DNA of 64,000 nucleotides from an uncultured bacterium (GTDB lineage Bacteria; Chloroflexota; UBA5177; JANWHV01): NCBI GenBank assembly GCA_963827235.1, contig CAWHAE010000009.1, positions 1,056,001 to 1,120,000 of the forward strand, read 5' to 3'. Shown piece by piece: positions 60,601 to 64,000 of this stretch (position 1 is its first letter; each line of letters starts with the position of its first letter). The notes under the pieces were generated by a model. It saw only the letters and a program-made list of their open reading frames with translations, ran no database searches and was not told where the DNA came from. The position numbers and the translations under genes were made by a program.

Positions 60601-62463
60601 TGACGCACCGATGGCCGTATCCACGCTGGCGGTCATGCCGGCGGCCAGGCCGTCCATCGCCTGCTTGCCGCCGTTCTTGAAGGACAGGATCAACTGGTCG
60701 GTGAGCTTGGTTTGAATCGTGCCGGACAGGCCGCCGAACTCCGGCAGGTTCTTCTCGATGGCGGCAATCTGATCCTGGAGCGCCTTCTGCTGAGAGGGCG
60801 ACTGCTTGTTCATGTACGACTGCGCTTGGAGCAGGTTGCCGCCGGTGTAGGGGGTGTACGCCTTCATGGCGTTGTCGAGCGCCGGGATACTGGTGAAGCG
60901 ATCCTGCAGCTTCTGCGCCACCACGCCAACCAGCACGACCGCGGCAGCCGTGCCACCCGCTACCGCGAGACCCGTCAATGCCGTGGCACCCAGACCGGCG
61001 CCGCCCGCGGTAGGCAGCGCCTTCTTGACCATGTTCTCCACGCTGTTGGCAGTATTGCCGCCGCTGCCGCTGACATTCACGACGTCGGCCTTGACTTCCA
61101 TAAGCGCGGTTTTCATCCCGCCGCCGAATGCCTTTTCGAGGTCCTTGGCAACGCTCGATCCGCCGCCGGTGATCTTACCAATACCTGCGATCAGGTCCTT
61201 GAACGGCGAGGACACCTTCTCGATGCCCTTGAGCGCCAGACCCACGCCACCAATGGCAAGGCCGACCTCAAGAATCTTCTTGGCTGTCTCGGGATTCTGC
61301 TGGGTCCACTGCGCGAACTTGGTCACGATCGGCGTGACATCCGCGGCGATTGTGGTGATCGTAGGCAGGAACGCCTGACCAAGCTCGATGGCCACGGTCT
61401 GCGCCGTGGCGTTGAACTTGTCGAGCTGGAAGTTGAGGTCGGCCTGCACCTTGGCCCAGCCCGAGGTCAGTTTCGCCGCGCCCTGCTGCTGCGTGCCGAT
61501 GCTGCCCACATCCCGCACGTACTCGCTCATATTCGGGATCAGGTTGAGTGCCAGGGCACCGCCGCGCGTGCCGCCGAAGGCCGCTACGAGGTTCTTGATC
61601 ACGTCCGCGTGGGTCATGCCGGACTGCGAGGCCCGGTCCATGGCGGTGCGGAACATGTCGAGGGCGTCGGTGAGATCGCCGGACGCCAGGGTGCTGCGCA
61701 GCTGGGCACTGTTGACGCCGAGGTTGCCCAGCGCCTTGGAGGCAGCGGCGGATGGGTTGATCAACTGCTGCAGCCCCGCTTGGATCGCCGTGGCCGCTTT
61801 CGCTGCAGGTACCCCATGCGCCGTCATGTCGGCTTCCGCTGCAGCGACTTCCTGGAACGGGATGTGCAATGCCGCGGCGTAGGGCAGCACCTTGGAGAGG
61901 GAGGACGCGAAGTCTTGCATGTGCATCTTGCCGGCGGCCACAGCACCGATCATCTGTCCCGTGACACCGGCCGCAGCACTCGCCGACTCGTGATAGTCCT
62001 TGAGCGCGGTCGTGAGGCCATCGGCCACGGACGTCTGATCCGCCAAGCCCACCTTCGCGCCCTCGGCGCTGGCCTGGAGCACTTGCAGGCCGGCGGCGGC
62101 GTGGAAGCCGGCGGACTCGATGGGGTACATGGCCTTGGCGAGGTCGATGGCATTCACGCCGACGTTCCCGGCCATGGTCAGAATGCCCTGATTCACCCCC
62201 TTGATGTTCCGTTCGGCTTCCCCTGCGCCAGTGACCAGTGCGGTGAGCTGCTGCTGGAAATCGCCCGCCTGCTTGACGCTGTAAGCGATGGCGCTGGCGG
62301 CAGCCGTGCCGATACCGAGCATGACGTTGGAGAGGCCGGAAATAGCGCTCTTCGTGCTGCCATGCAGGTCGTCGACGGCGGCCTTGGCCTCAAGCATGCC
62401 GCGCTTGAAACTGGAATCTTGCAGGGTCAGCGTCGCACGCAAATCGGCGACAGAGAGACTCAC
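57656..62463 (-). CDS. Phage tail tape-measure protein (TP901-like), broken by several frameshifts
   Basis: VADLRATL, LAKAMYPIESAGF, GKMHMQDFASSL..VLP, ISSPSGVMHDIG and WASPARVM motifs; ORFs 60484, 59978, 58962 and 57656 join by single-base shifts; GTGA overlap start. Confidence 0.8.
59552..59900 (-). repeat. ~81-nt (27-aa) tandem repeat, ~4.5 copies, within the tape-measure gene
   Basis: LQ(R/K)Y(Y/F)DDH(A/S)VKxTIANxYNxxxGG units. Confidence 0.8.
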
Positions 62464-62969
62464 GAGTCGGCTCCTGTTTGCTCGTCGGTAGGTTGCGGCG
62501 TCGCTTGCAAGCTGCTGCCTCCGCTGCAATCGTTCGCCTCTACGGGCGCGTGGGGTGTGTTCGCGGTGAACGTGCAGCACTCCAGGTACTGGAGTGCCGA
62601 CCCGAGGATCCGGTATTGGTCCGCTGCGTTCTTCGCACGGGCGTCTGCCGTGGCGATAATCTGAGCGATGCTCGCCTCGAGCTGCGCGACATACCGGGCC
62701 CGAACCAGCTCGCGGAACTCGGGATGTGGGTCCTCCTCGCCGATGACCTGCTCGAGAATGGTGGTGACCGTGGCGTCGACGATCGCCGTGGCTGCCTCGG
62801 TGAAAGAGACAGTCTTCAGGAAGCTCGCCCAGCCGCTGAACACGCCATGCTCCAGCAGCGCCGTCAACGCGGCCTCCTGGATGCCCGCGCGCGGTGGCAG
62901 CGCCTCGCTGAGCCCGGGCACCACTCGGAGACGCCGGTTCTGCCGTTTGGTCCGTATCTTCCTGCCCAC
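62460..62969 (-). CDS. Hypothetical protein
   Basis: 169 aa; stop overlaps the tape-measure start. Confidence 0.5.
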   Translation of the reverse strand: MGRKIRTKRQNRRLRVVPGLSEALPPRAGIQEAALTALLEHGVFSGWASFLKTVSFTEAATAIVDATVTTILEQVIGEEDPHPEFRELVRARYVAQLEASIAQIIATADARAKNAADQYRILGSALQYLECCTFTANTPHAPVEANDCSGGSSLQATPQPTDEQTGADS

Positions 62970-62984
62970 GTCTGCCTCGATGCT

Positions 62985-63374
62985 TCAGCTGTCAGGACAG
63001 GCGGCGCTGGTACCGGCGCAGCACGCCGGCTCCTGGAGGGCCGTGGGGCGCAATGCCTCGAGCGTCCTCACCCGCGCGTCTGCCTGCTCAATTTTGGCGC
63101 GCGTGCCTGCCAGGAGTGCCCGGTAGTCCTCGAGACACGCCGGCACGACCAACTCGCGTAGGGATTCGCGCGTCGAGGCTTGAAACAGGCCGTCGTGCAA
63201 GGCGTCGGCTAACTGCATCGCCCCTTCGACGAAGGCGGCTTCAGAGTTCGCCAGGCAGGCGGCCCAGCCAGAGTAGATTGCGTACTTGGTCGCCGCCGCG
63301 CGCAGTGCCGCCTCCAATTCGTCTGGGGCGAGCTGTGGGTGCTTATCCTGGCGTCGGAGCAATGTTCTCCGCAT
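62985..63374 (-). CDS. Hypothetical helical protein
   Basis: ORF in the same operon; start uncertain. Confidence 0.4.
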   Translation of the reverse strand: MRRTLLRRQDKHPQLAPDELEAALRAAATKYAIYSGWAACLANSEAAFVEGAMQLADALHDGLFQASTRESLRELVVPACLEDYRALLAGTRAKIEQADARVRTLEALRPTALQEPACCAGTSAACPDS

Positions 63375-64000
63375 AAGTGTTTTTCCCTTCACCGTGCCGG
63401 CTACGCCTACGGCCCGGCCGGGGGCCAGACCCCGGCTAGAATGCAAATCAGTTCCCCCCTGCAGCGGCGTCATTTGCTCGCACTGAAAGGCGCTCGAGGT
63501 CCTCACCGACCAGAAGTCCACCGGTACTGGACGTAGGCTGATCACGCGGCAGGGGAACTGCCCGGACTTCGCCAACTCGTCCGCTAGCTGCGCGGAAATG
63601 CCCAACATGCGCGCCGCCTGCGGACTTGAGGATCGTGCGACGTCACACGCTCGACCACCTGGCTGTGCTGCTGCCTCATGCTTGCCCCCTCCTCATGCCT
63701 GCTCTTCCGCCTCCATTAAGCCATACTGAGCACAGCAGGTCTCAGCGTTACCCGCGAACTAATGCGTGTCTGCAAACGAGTGCGCAAGAATGCCGGAAAG
63801 TCCTCGCGCGTCACGCGGGGATTGTGGTCGACGAGTGACCGGCGCCGTTGGGGGTGGCTCGGGGGGGATTGGCGCGGTGGAATGCGTAGACCGGTCACGC
63901 AGTTTACGATAGGCCGGTCCCCGCCGGCGGGACAACTCCCACCAGCCCAGCCTTCTTGCGCGCAAGGTACCGTCGCATGGCTTCGCGGTGAAGTTCCCGC

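Larger units (their letters stand above)
49006..64000 (-). mobile_element. Satellite/prophage-like element (continues beyond window)
   Basis: TerS-like, AAA_25 helicase, iterons, excisionase HTHs and tape measure, nearly all on the minus strand. Confidence 0.6.

Noticed and set aside
38473-62463. Many frameshifts as programmed recoding or phase variation
   Set aside because: Scattered single-base indels without slippery motifs; sequencing error or decay is simpler, and pseudogene labels here are provisional.

Overview
High-GC bacterial DNA, probably Chloroflexota-like (inferred from DUF5666-type and phage-like gene styles). The many single-base frameshifts suggest long-read errors or decay. 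There are four blocks. (1) 0.2-3.3 kb: three predicted exported proteins. (2) ~4-36.6 kb: a defence/DNA-processing island. It holds a minimal WXG100(W-x-D)/FtsK type-VII-like module with a GNAT-tipped substrate, xth between two IrrE/ImmA-like remnants, and a nurA-herA-sbcD-sbcC operon divergent from a DdrO-like repressor with a palindromic operator. It also holds an OLD nuclease and a translationally coupled five-gene operon: C5 MTase, EndoIII-like glycosylase, MAD6/DptF-like ATPase, MAD7/DptG-like protein, and a ~1880-aa MAD8/DptH-like nuclease ending in a complete RuvB-like motor. It ends with an HNH gene, an orphan type I-E CRISPR array flanked by direct repeats, a candidate structured ncRNA and a tRNA-Gln 3' remnant (att-like). 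(3) 37-49 kb: a phage/GTA-like structural module truncated inside the capsid gene on the left and the terminase gene on the right, with four copies of a twin-hairpin intergenic element. (4) 49-64 kb: a satellite/prophage-like element with a TerS-like gene, AAA_25 helicase with iterons, excisionases and a long tape-measure gene. The best candidate for an undescribed system is the MTase-glycosylase-MADS/Dpt-like-RuvB operon at 22.9-34.1 kb. All family calls come from motifs recognised by eye, not from database searches.
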